Shown piece after piece: positions 54,795 through 64,000 of a stretch of DNA of 64,000 bases (the first letter of the stretch is position 1; each line of letters opens with the position of its first letter). The position numbers were made by a program, and so were the translations under genes. Source of the stretch: an uncultured Acidimicrobiia bacterium (GTDB taxonomy: Bacteria > Actinomycetota > Acidimicrobiia > Spongiisociales > UBA5794); NCBI GenBank assembly GCA_963812375.1, contig CAWEUW010000007.1, forward strand, positions 489,791 through 553,790, given 5' to 3'. The notes beneath the pieces are model-generated. The model saw only the letters and a program-made list of their open reading frames with translations, made no database searches and was not told where the DNA came from.

Positions 54795-56064
54795 CCCTCT
54801 CCGGGGAGTGGTTCGCCGGGCGCGGTCCGTCATGCCTGGCGGGGTCAACTCGCCGGTGCGGGCATTCGACGCCGTCGGCGGGCATCCCCGTTCGCCGCCT
54901 CGGCAGCCGGCTCCGTGCTCACCACCGTCGACGGCGTCGAGCTGATCGACTTCATCTCCTCGTGGGGAGCCCTGATCCTGGGTCACGCCGACCCCGATGT
55001 CGTGGCGGCGGTGACCGCGGCGGTTGCCAAGGGGACGTCGTTCGGGGTACCCACCGCCGCCGAGGTCGAACTGGCCGAGCTCATCGCGGCGATGGTGCCG
55101 GGCATCGAGGTGGTGCGCCTGGTCAACTCGGGCACCGAGGCGACCGCCTCGGCGTTGCGCCTCGCCAGGGCCGCCACCGGGCGTGCCGGTGTGGTCAAGT
55201 TCGAGGGGTGCTATCACGGCCATGCCGACCCGTTCCTGGTCCATGCCGGCAGCGGCCTGGCCACCCTCGGCGAGCCGGACAGCCCTGGCGTGCCGGAGGG
55301 CACGGTCGCCGACACCCGGGTGGCCCGATTCAACGACCTCGAGTCGGTCGACCGCGCCCTGGCCGGCGGGCGACGTGGCCGCGGTCATCGTCGAGCCGGT
55401 GGCCGGCAATATGGGCGTCGTCCCTCCCGACCCGGGCTTTCTCGAGGGACTCCGCTCCCGCTGCGACGACCAAGGGGCGCTGCTCGTCTTCGACGAGGTC
55501 ATGACCGGGTTCCGGGTCGCTCCCGGTGGCGCCCAGCAGCGCTTCGGCGTCATCCCCGACCTGACCTGCCTCGGCAAGATCGTCGCCGGCGGCACCCCGG
55601 CGGCGGCCTACGGGGGCCCCGCCGACCTGATGCGGCGCATGGCACCCGAAGGCCCGGTGTACCAGGCAGGGACGCTCGCCGGCAACCCGGTGGTGACTGC
55701 CGCCGGTCTGGCCACGCTGCGCCGCATCACCGCCGACCCGGGGCTGTACGACCGGCTCGAGGCGATGGGCGCCACCCTCGAGGAACGGCTCCGCACCGCG
55801 CTGGCACAATTCGGCGTCGCCGGGTGTGTGCAGCGGGTGGGGGCGATGCTCAGCTTCTTCCCCGGTCCCGACCGGGTGTCATCGTGGGACGACGCCGCCA
55901 AGGTCGACCGGGGACGGTTCGCTGCCTTCTTCGCCGCCGCCTACCGAGGTGGCGTGCTGCTGCCGCCGTCGCCGTTCGAGGCGTGGTTCCTGAACGACGC
56001 CCACGCCGCCACGGTCGACCGGGCCGGGGACGTCCTCGCCGCCGCCGTCGAGGCGGCTGCGTGA
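54791..56064 (+). CDS. hemL: Glutamate-1-semialdehyde aminomutase, frameshifted
   Basis: [42 protein letters not shown]. Confidence 0.92.
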
Positions 56065-57053
56065 CCCCTCGCCTGGTCGCCGCCCTGCGCCGGGAACCGG
56101 TCGACCGCACCCCGGTGTGGGCGATGCGTCAGGCGGGCCGTTACCTGCCCGAGTACCGGGAGCTGCGACAACGCCATGGCTTCCAGGAGGCGGTGTCCGA
56201 CCCCGATATCGCCGTGGAGATCACACTGCAGCCGATCCGCCGCTTCGCCATGGACGGGGCGGTGATCTTCGCCGACATCATGACACCGCTCGAGGCGATG
56301 GGAGTGCCGGTGACCTTCGACCCCGGCCCTCGACTCCGCCCCCACACCGTGGCCGAGGTAGCCGGGCTCGGCGAGCTCGACCCGGGCCGGATCGGGCACG
56401 TGGCGGCCACCGTCGCCGGGGTCAGGGCAGAGGTCCCCGAGGACGTGACGGTGATCGGTTTCGCCGGGGCCCCGCTGACCCTGCTCGCCTACCTCCTCGA
56501 AGGGGGTGGGTCCACCGGGTTCATGGCAGTCCGGGCGGCGGTCGCCGAGGACCCCGGCGCGGTGACCGCCGCCCTGGCGACACTCGCCCGGGCGATGCGC
56601 CGCTACCTGGAGGTTCAGGTCGAAGCAGGAGCCGGTGTGGTCCAGCTCTTCGACACCTGGGCAGGGCTGCTGAGCCGGACCAAGTTCGAGGCGCTGGCGG
56701 TCCCGGCGGCCAGGACGGTGCTCGAAGGGCTCGCCGTGCCGAGCATCTACTTCGCTCCCGGAGCCGGTCACGCCCTCGACCTCATCTCCGGCGTGGGGGC
56801 GACCGGCTACGGAGTGGACTGGCGCCTGGCCATCGACGAGGCCTGGGACGTCCTGGGCGCGGTGGCGGTGCAGGGCAACCTCGACCCGGCGGTGCTGCTC
56901 ACCGATCGGGCGACCATCTCCCGGGCCGTCGCCGACATCCTCGACCGGGTCGCCGGCCGGCCCGGGCACGTGTTCAACCTGGGCCACGGCGTCGACCGGG
57001 CAACCTCCCCCGAACTCGTCGGCGCCATGGTCGAGGCGGTCAGGGACCGGTGA
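56061..57053 (+). CDS. hemE: Uroporphyrinogen decarboxylase
   Basis: [31 protein letters not shown]. Confidence 0.95.
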   Translation: MTPRLVAALRREPVDRTPVWAMRQAGRYLPEYRELRQRHGFQEAVSDPDIAVEITLQPIRRFAMDGAVIFADIMTPLEAMGVPVTFDPGPRLRPHTVAEVAGLGELDPGRIGHVAATVAGVRAEVPEDVTVIGFAGAPLTLLAYLLEGGGSTGFMAVRAAVAEDPGAVTAALATLARAMRRYLEVQVEAGAGVVQLFDTWAGLLSRTKFEALAVPAARTVLEGLAVPSIYFAPGAGHALDLISGVGATGYGVDWRLAIDEAWDVLGAVAVQGNLDPAVLLTDRATISRAVADILDRVAGRPGHVFNLGHGVDRATSPELVGAMVEAVRDR

Positions 57054-58375
57054 GCGAACGGGTCGAGGTGGCGGTGGTCGGCGGCGGCCTCGGCGGGCTG
57101 TTCACGGGGGTCGAGCTGGCGCGCCGGGGGATCGAGGCGGTGGTACTGGAGGCGGCTGACGTCCCCGGAGGAATCACCCGCACCATTGACGTCGACGGCT
57201 ACGCCATCGAGCCTGCCGCCGGGGCGGTGACCCTGCCCCATCCCCATCTCGGGCCGATCCTCGCCGAGGCCGGAGTCTCGCTTCATCCCGCCGTTGACCC
57301 CGGTGTCCGCTATGTGCTCGACCGGTCCGGCCTGATCCTTATCAAGGCGTCACCGGCGGGTCTGCTGGCTCCGCTGGTCGGGTGGCGGGCGAAGGGGAGG
57401 GCATTGGCCGAGCCCTTGGTGCACCTGGCGCCGGCCACCGGCGACGAGACCCTGGCCGGGTTCCTGCGCCGGCGCTTCGGCGTCGAGACGGGGACGGTGG
57501 TGTCGAGCCTCCTGGCGGCGGGCGTCTATGCGGGTGACCCTGAGCGGCTCTCGGCACGGGCGGCGTTCCCCAACCTTGTTGCCCTTGCCGATAGCCGCGG
57601 CAGCGTGGTGCGCGGCGCGTTGGCCCGCCGCCGCGCCGCCGGCTCCTCCGGAACAGGCCGGCCATCGATGCACCTTCCCGACGGCGGGACGCGCCAGATG
57701 GTGGATAGGATCGCCGCCCGCCTCGGCGAGCGATTCCGGCCCGGTGCGAATGTGGCCGGGATCGGGCGGGGGGACGACGGCACGTGGCGCCTCGAGAGCG
57801 ACGAACCAGTCGTGGCGTCGCACATCGTCGTCACCGTCGCTCCCCACCAGGCCGCATCGTTGCTCGGCGGCGAACTGGCCGAGCTGCTCGCCGCCTTGCG
57901 GGCGGCACCGGTGGCCGTTGTCTCCCTGGGCGGGCGCGGCGACCCGCTGCCACCGGGGTTCGGGTACCTGGCGACGCCAGGGGCCGGCAGGGTCGTCGTC
58001 GGTTGCCTGTTCGAGTCTTCGTACGCCCCGGAACGGGCGCCGGCGGGACACTGGCTGGCCAAGGTGATCGTCGGAGGAGCGCGCCATCCCGATGTCGTCG
58101 ATCAGGACGACGCCATGCTGGTTGCCGGAGTGGTCGCCGAGCTTGGTGCCGTCCTCGGGCGCGAACCGGCCTTGGAGCTGGCCCATGTCATCCGCCACCG
58201 TCCCGGCATCCCGCAGTACGAGGTCGGCCACGGCACCGCCCTCGCCGCGTTGGGGCGGGCCGTAGCCGGCCGGCGGGGCCTCCAACTCACCGGCTGGGCC
58301 TACCGCGGCGTCGGTGTCACCAACCTGGCCACCGATGCCGTCCGGGTCGCCGACGCCGTCGTGGCGGCCCGCTGA
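57050..58375 (+). CDS. hemY: HemY-family proto/coproporphyrinogen oxidase
   Basis: [27 protein letters not shown]. Confidence 0.9.
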   Translation: MSERVEVAVVGGGLGGLFTGVELARRGIEAVVLEAADVPGGITRTIDVDGYAIEPAAGAVTLPHPHLGPILAEAGVSLHPAVDPGVRYVLDRSGLILIKASPAGLLAPLVGWRAKGRALAEPLVHLAPATGDETLAGFLRRRFGVETGTVVSSLLAAGVYAGDPERLSARAAFPNLVALADSRGSVVRGALARRRAAGSSGTGRPSMHLPDGGTRQMVDRIAARLGERFRPGANVAGIGRGDDGTWRLESDEPVVASHIVVTVAPHQAASLLGGELAELLAALRAAPVAVVSLGGRGDPLPPGFGYLATPGAGRVVVGCLFESSYAPERAPAGHWLAKVIVGGARHPDVVDQDDAMLVAGVVAELGAVLGREPALELAHVIRHRPGIPQYEVGHGTALAALGRAVAGRRGLQLTGWAYRGVGVTNLATDAVRVADAVVAAR

Positions 58376-58449
58376 GCGAGGCGACTTCGGGGGCCTGGCC
58401 CGTAGACTCATCGGCTCCCGGCCCCGGTTCGGCGGGCCGTCGACCCGAG

Positions 58450-59687
58450 GTGGCGCCCATCGGTCCAACGCATCGTTCCCTGGCCCGCGACTCCGTCGCC
58501 CTGGTGGCGGGGTCGGTGGTGAACGGCATCGCCTCGTACGCTCTCGTCGCCGTCGGGACCCGCGCCTACGGGGCCGCCGACTTCGCCCCGGTCTCGGTCA
58601 TGTGGACGTTTTGGGCGATGTCGGTCGCCGTGTTCACCTTCCCCATCCAGCATTGGATCATCCGCACCTTCCAGGTCGACCAGGGCGAAGGAGGGGTGAG
58701 GCGGGCGTTGCCCCAGCTCGTCGTCCTCACGGTGGCCGGCTCGGCGGTCCTGACCGCGGTCGCCTTCATCCTGCGGGTGCGCTTCTTCGGGTCGGCGACG
58801 CCGCTGTGGCCGGTGCTGGTGCTGCTGGTCACCGCCGGCAGCGCCCTGACCGGCTACCTCCGCGGTGTGCTCTCCGGGCGACGACGGTTCGTCGCCACTG
58901 GCGTCGCCATCGCCGCCGACGCCGTGGTCCGGCTGATCGCCTGCGGGGTGGTCGTTGCCATCGGCGGATCGATCGCCTGGTTCGCCGCCGCCATCGCCGT
59001 CGGGCCGGTGATCCTGCTCTTCTGGCCGAGCGCCCTCACGCTGCGGCCCGATGGGAGCGAGTCCGCCGTCGCTGTGGCCGGTTTCCTCGGTGGTCTCGCC
59101 GGGGGCGTGCTCCTCTCCCAGCTGGCGCTCAACGCCGGGCCCGCCGTGCTCGCCGCCATCGGCGGGGCCCCCGCACAGGTCACCGCGCTGTTCGCCACGA
59201 TGGCCCTGTTCCGTGCCCCCTACCTCATCGCCCTCGGGTTGGCGTCGCGGGAACGGGCCCGCTGACCCGGCTGGTGGCATCCGGAAGGGAGGGGCGGTTG
59301 CGCCGCCTCAGGACCGGGGTCGCCGTCCTCGGCCTTGCCGGGGCGCTGGTCGGGGGGTTGCTCGGCTGGTGGATCGGGCCTGCCCTCGTCGACCTCGTGT
59401 TCGGCACAGGTGTGGCGCCGCAGGCATCGGTGGTGGCGATCGTTGCCGTGGGGAGTGCCGTGGCCCTGGCGGGGCTGGTCGCCGTGCTCCTCCTCGTGGC
59501 ACGGGGGGCGACGCTGGCGATCACGGTGTCGTGGGTCGCCGCTTTTCTCGCTGCGGCCACCGTGCTGCTCCTGGTATCCGACGACGCCCTGACCCGGGTG
59601 GCCCTCGCCTTCGTGGCGGCCGAGGTGGTCTCGCTGGCGTTGATGCTCGCCAGCGACCGGCGCGCCGCCGATCCGGCGGCGCCCTAG
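58450..59687 (+). CDS. Polysaccharide flippase-like (MOP/Wzx) membrane protein, frameshift near 59250
   Basis: Many TM helices; NGIASY...RAYGAADF; LRGVLSGRRRF; LFRAP. Confidence 0.7.
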
Positions 59688-59712
59688 GGTCCGGGCGGCG
59701 AAGGAGGAAGTC

Positions 59713-60541
59713 GTGGATCTCGCCACGCTGGCGCCGGACCTCGTCGAGACCCAGTCCGGGTTGTGGGTGGCGTCCGACGTCGACGACGTCTCCTATCCCG
59801 AGGGTGGCCATGCCCGCTGCCACCAGCTGGAGGAGTCCTCCTTCTGGTTCCGCCATCGGACCCGATGCATCGTGGCGACATTGCGCCGCCTTCCACCGGC
59901 CGGGCCTGTGTTCGACATCGGCGGCGGCACCGGCCTGCTCGCCTCTCACCTCGTCGAGGCGGGCTTCGTTTCGGTCGTGGTCGAGCCGGGAGCATCGGGG
60001 GCGGCCACCGCCCATGGCCGCGGGCTCCGACCCGTGGTCAACGCCAGCCTCGACACCGCCGGGTTCCTCCCCGGCACCCTGCCCGGCGTCGGCATGTTCG
60101 ACGTGCTCGACACATCGAGGACGACGAGGGATTCCTGGTGCGTCTCCGCTCTCTCCTCCAAGCCGGGGGCAGGCTCTACCTCACCGTGCCCGCTTATCAA
60201 TGGCTGTGGTCGGCCGACGACGTCCGCGCCGGGCACTTCCGCCGCTACACCGAGGCGACGTTACCCGGGGTGCTGCTCCGGTCCGGCTTCGGCGTCCAGT
60301 ACGCCTCGTACATCTTCCGTCCGCTTCCCCTGCCGGTGCTGGCGGTGCGTTCGGTGCCCAGCCGGCTCGGATTCCGAACCGTGGACTCGACCGAAGCGGC
60401 CGTCGCCGACCATCGCTCCGAGCGTGGCCTGCTCGCGCATTCTGGAGGCGGCCCTCGATCGGGAGGTGCCGGTGGTGGAGCGGGGTGGTCGGATGCGCTT
60501 CGGGACCAGCATCCTGGCCGTTGCGGTCAATCCGGGACTGA
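59713..60541 (+). CDS. Class I SAM-dependent methyltransferase, frameshifted
   Basis: SFWFRHR, DIGGGTG, FDVL.HIEDD, TVPAYQWLWS..D..AGHFRRY. Confidence 0.85.
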
Positions 60542-60622
60542 CGCGTTCGTGGCTACGCCGAAGGCGGAGACTCGGCGATGGGGGGCTGGGAGGGGACCCT
60601 GTCTCGTACCGGCGTCACGCGT

Positions 60623-61312
60623 TCAACTCGCCGGTGCGCGTGCGTAGCTGTCGAGCAGGCGTCCCAACTCCTCGGGGCGGCTGAGCGCGACGCAGTGGCC
60701 CGCATCGATCTCGTCGGGAACGATGCCGAGCCGTTCGGCCACCACCCGCCGCAGGAACCCGGCGGGGAAGAACCGATCCTCGGTGCACACCACAAACCTC
60801 GTCGGGACGGCGGGCCACGCGGCGAGCGGCCACGGGCTGTCGTATGCCGCTTCGGATTCGGAACGCTCCCGCCTCATGGCCTCCTCGGCGAGGGCGCGAG
60901 GCACGTCGTGGTAGAAGGCGACGAACGGGTCGTCGCTGCCAGTCAGGCCGCCATCACGCCGGGCCTGCTCCTCCACGGCCTGGCGGTAGCGAGTGTTCGT
61001 CCACCAATCCGCCGGGCTCTCGCCAGGTGCCGGAACCATGCCGGCGACGAGGACCAGCGCGTCGACCGAACACCATTCGGCAACGAGCGGCGCGGTGAAC
61101 CCGCCGTACGACTGGCCCACCACGATGACGTTCCGGCGGTCGCCGATGGCGTCGACCACGGTTTCCGCGTAGTCCCGCAGGGTGGCGGTGTCGTCGTCGC
61201 AGGGGAGGTCGGGCGCGACCACGTCGTGGCCCCGCTGGCGCAGCACGCGCTCCACCAGATGCCAGTACCAGCCGACATCGCCGGCACCGTGGATCAACGC
61301 GAACGTCGCCAT
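60623..61312 (-). CDS. Alpha/beta hydrolase
   Basis: LIHGAG, VGQSYGG nucleophile elbow, EDR, AGH. Confidence 0.9.
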   Translation of the reverse strand: MATFALIHGAGDVGWYWHLVERVLRQRGHDVVAPDLPCDDDTATLRDYAETVVDAIGDRRNVIVVGQSYGGFTAPLVAEWCSVDALVLVAGMVPAPGESPADWWTNTRYRQAVEEQARRDGGLTGSDDPFVAFYHDVPRALAEEAMRRERSESEAAYDSPWPLAAWPAVPTRFVVCTEDRFFPAGFLRRVVAERLGIVPDEIDAGHCVALSRPEELGRLLDSYARAPAS

Positions 61313-61530
61313 CGAGTCACCTCCATGTCTTCGGATGAACCAGCGTTGCAGGCCAGCCGTGTCGCCACGAGCCTTTGGGCCAAGAGCCGTGAGGTGGCGC
61401 GCCCGGTTGGCTTTCGGGTTGGCGAGAAGCTTCCTAGTCTCCCGCCATGCCCGTCGGCGAGGCTCCGCCAACCCACGAGGCGGCGCCCGTTCCGGTCCAC
61501 GAGAGCACACGCTTCCCATGGCCCCATCCG

Positions 61531-63079
61531 ATGCCGCCGTCGCGCGACCTGCTCGTCGCCGCGTTGGCTGCCCTGGTGTCCATGGCCGTCGTGGTGTACC
61601 TCGGCAGGGAGCTCTGGTTCTCCGGCGACGCCTGGGACCTAGTGCTGACCGCAACATCGGCGACATCGCCAGCCTGTTCCGCCCGCACGACGGCCATCTC
61701 GATTCCCCTCGGCGGTCACCACCCAGGTGCTCCTCTCTGCCGTGGGGTTCGAGTTCTGGCCGTGGCACTTCCTGCCCGGGTGATCGGATACGCGGCGATG
61801 ACCTACATGATGTGGGTGGTGCTGCGGCGCCGCGGCACCGACCCCGCCATCGGATGGATCGCCCTCGGCGGGCTCCTGTTCTTGGGACCGTCGGGTTTCC
61901 TCGGCAGCTCCGACATCGGGTTCTTCATCGTCCTGCCGGCGTTGGCGCTGGCGGCGGCCATGCTCGACGGTGGCGGCCCGAGGGGCACGAGCGATCGGGT
62001 CGTCCTCGGTGGGCTGATGGTCCTGGTGGTGAGCGATGCCGCCGGTGTGGCTGCGGTGGCGTCACTGGCGGTGGTCGCCGCCGCCCGCCGCCGGTTCCGG
62101 GCGGTTCTCCCGAGCGTCCTCGGTGCCGTCGCGGTCTACGGGGGATGGCTGCTGTGGCAGGAGCCATGGTCGAGCGGGGTGTCCGGCCTGTCGCTCGAGA
62201 CCGTGCTCAGGGTGCCGGAGGCGGCATGGGCCATGCTGGGAGGCGCCGGCTCGCAAAGCCCTGGCGCTTCCACCGAGCTATGGGCCGGTGCTCGCCGTGG
62301 TCCTGGTCGGGTCGCTGGCCCTGTGGGGTGTCGGGGGCGCCTCACCACGTTTGACTACGTCTGGCTGGCCACCGCTGCGCTGTACGTGGTGGTAGTGGCC
62401 CTGAGGACTCCCGATCCTTCCGGTTCGACCCGCTGGCCGAGCCCTACGCCTTCGCCCTCGCCTGGCTCTTGGTTCCCGCTGCGGTCCCGCACATCAGGGC
62501 CGGGCAAGGGACGGCGGGTCGTCGTGCTCTCCGTTGCTGCGGTCCTGGTGATCGCCGGGAGCCTCCATGCGCTCGACGCCTCCCTCGACGCCGCCGAGCA
62601 GACGGCGGCCGAGGCCAGGCGGCAATCGGGGCCGTGGCAGGGCTCTCGACGGCGAGCCAGCGGCAGTCCTGCTCGACGGCGAGCCCGCAGCCGGCACGTC
62701 GCTGCTCGACGTTCCTGGGGACGGGGGCCCATTGGACGGCAGGCTCACAGTCGACGGAGTGGCCGAGATGCTCTCCACCGGGTGGCGTCCCGACGAGCCG
62801 GTTGATCCCGAGGGCGAGGACGCCGAGATCGACGAGAACGCCCGCGGAGTCCTCCGGATGGCGGTCGAGCCGGGGGGCGGTGGGTGCCGCTTGTGTCCCG
62901 GTGGAGCGGAGCCTGACGGTCGCCACTGCCGACTACCCCGATGGGCTGGTGCTCCGTCCCTCCGAGCCGGTGGCGGTTCGGCTCCGGTTCACGGACGATC
63001 GGGCGTCGGGCGGCGGATCCAGCGAGTCGACGGCCCCGTCCTCAACACCGAGATCCTGACGCCGTCACTGGTGAGCTGA
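61531..63079 (+). CDS. Polytopic membrane protein, putative GT-C-like (frameshifted)
   Basis: WFSGD, RPHDGH, RVIGY, RRRGTDP; soluble C-terminal region. Confidence 0.6.
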
Positions 63080-63228
63080 GGATCAGCCCGGTCGGCCCCT
63101 TCACGGCTCTCGAGGTGGGCGCCGGGGGCAGGCCAGGGGTGACTGCAGAAGACGACTCGATCGGAACCTCGACCCTCGAGGTGGCACCTCCCGGCGGGGC
63201 CCGGAGACGCTTCTACTGGCCTGCCCCG

Positions 63229-64000
63229 ATGCCGTCGGGTCGGGACCTGTTGATCGCCGCCGCCGCCACGGTCGTGTCGATGGTGGTCACCATGCTGGGC
63301 AGCACCAACGGTTGGTTCTTCGGCGACGCTCGCGGTTTCCTGGTCAACCGCGACCCAGCCGATCTCACCACGTTGGCGAGGCCCCATGCCGGCCACCTCC
63401 AATTCCCTGTTGCCCTCGTCTACCAGTTCATCTACGAACAGGTCGGGCTCGACTACTGGCCGTGGTTCCTGCTGCCCCGGGTCATCGGGTACGGGGCAAT
63501 GGTCTACGTGGTGTGGCTGGTCGTCCGGAGGCGTGGCGCCGACCCGACGGTTGCCTGGCTCACCCTGGCCGTGCTGCTGTTCTACGGGTCGTCGACCTTC
63601 CTGACCGCCGCCACCATCGGGCACCACCTGGTGATCCCGGCGGTCGCCCTGGCCGCCGCCATGTACGCCGCCGGCGGGCCCCGTTGGGTGTGGAGCGATC
63701 AGCTGGTCTTCGCCGGCCTCATCCTGGTGTTGGTGGTGAGCACCAGCTCGGGCATAGCCGGCGCCGCCGCCCTGGGGATCGTCGGCCTGTGCCTGGGCCG
63801 GTTCTGGCGGGTCGCCCCCGGATTCGTCCCCGCCGCCGTCGTCTACCTGAGCTGGCTGGCGACCGCCGAGGAGACCGGCGCAGGATCGTCCTCGATCGAC
63901 CTCGATTCCCTTCTCGCCGTACCCACCAACCTCTGGGAGATGATGTCACCGGCGATCGCCCGGACTCTCGCCTTCCCCACCGAGTACGGGCCAGTTCTCG
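63229..64000 (+). CDS. Paralog of the preceding membrane protein (runs off the window; absent from the ORF track)
   Basis: MPSGRDLLIAAA, WFFGD, RPHAGH, RVIGY, RRRGADP; open to the window end. Confidence 0.7.
   Translation, partial: MPSGRDLLIAAAATVVSMVVTMLGSTNGWFFGDARGFLVNRDPADLTTLARPHAGHLQFPVALVYQFIYEQVGLDYWPWFLLPRVIGYGAMVYVVWLVVRRRGADPTVAWLTLAVLLFYGSSTFLTAATIGHHLVIPAVALAAAMYAAGGPRWVWSDQLVFAGLILVLVVSTSSGIAGAAALGIVGLCLGRFWRVAPGFVPAAVVYLSWLATAEETGAGSSSIDLDSLLAVPTNLWEMMSPAIARTLAFPTEYGPVL

Noticed and set aside
54915-57053. 712-aa ORF looking like a HemL-HemE fusion
   Set aside because: Frameshift near 55370; HemL ends at 56064 with a GTGA overlap onto hemE.
60623-60638. 16-bp match TCAACTCGCCGGTGCG with hemL 54845-54860 as an att site
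   Set aside because: Both copies are coding, no integrase is nearby, and such matches are expected by chance at this GC content.

Overview
Very GC-rich, gene-dense actinobacterial DNA. Gene content (mycothiol-dependent MDMPI enzyme, SCO2322-type ECF locus, Uma2 and heptad-repeat genes) suggests an Acidimicrobiia-like organism, which is an inference. Many ordinary genes carry single-base frameshifts, most likely uncorrected long-read errors, so genes were rebuilt across frames and coordinates are approximate. Contents in order: ECF transporter, MFS, thioredoxin-like gene and fadIJ (1-9.65 kb); a ~2.8 kb decayed phage-satellite-like insert (HK97-type capsid, catalytically dead resolvase-like ORF, inverted 9-bp-period iteron array, PRC-barrel gene) between the two halves of a Uma2 endonuclease gene (9.7-13.1 kb); DEAD-box helicase; a ~20 kb orphan sugar uptake/catabolism region with ROK and GntR regulators and recognisable operators (15.5-35.8 kb); hydroxy-acid oxidoreductases; ABC-2 exporter; a degenerate ECF-sigma/transmembrane/extracellular-repeat fusion gene; Leu dehydrogenase and fused E1 alpha/beta; gabD; vapBC; hemF-A-C-D-B-L-E-Y; and a surface-glycosylation-like locus. 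I saw no rRNA, tRNA or CRISPR. Best candidates for something new: the Uma2-split capsid element under a DNA-damage-type promoter motif, and the membrane-anchored sigma-like fusion.
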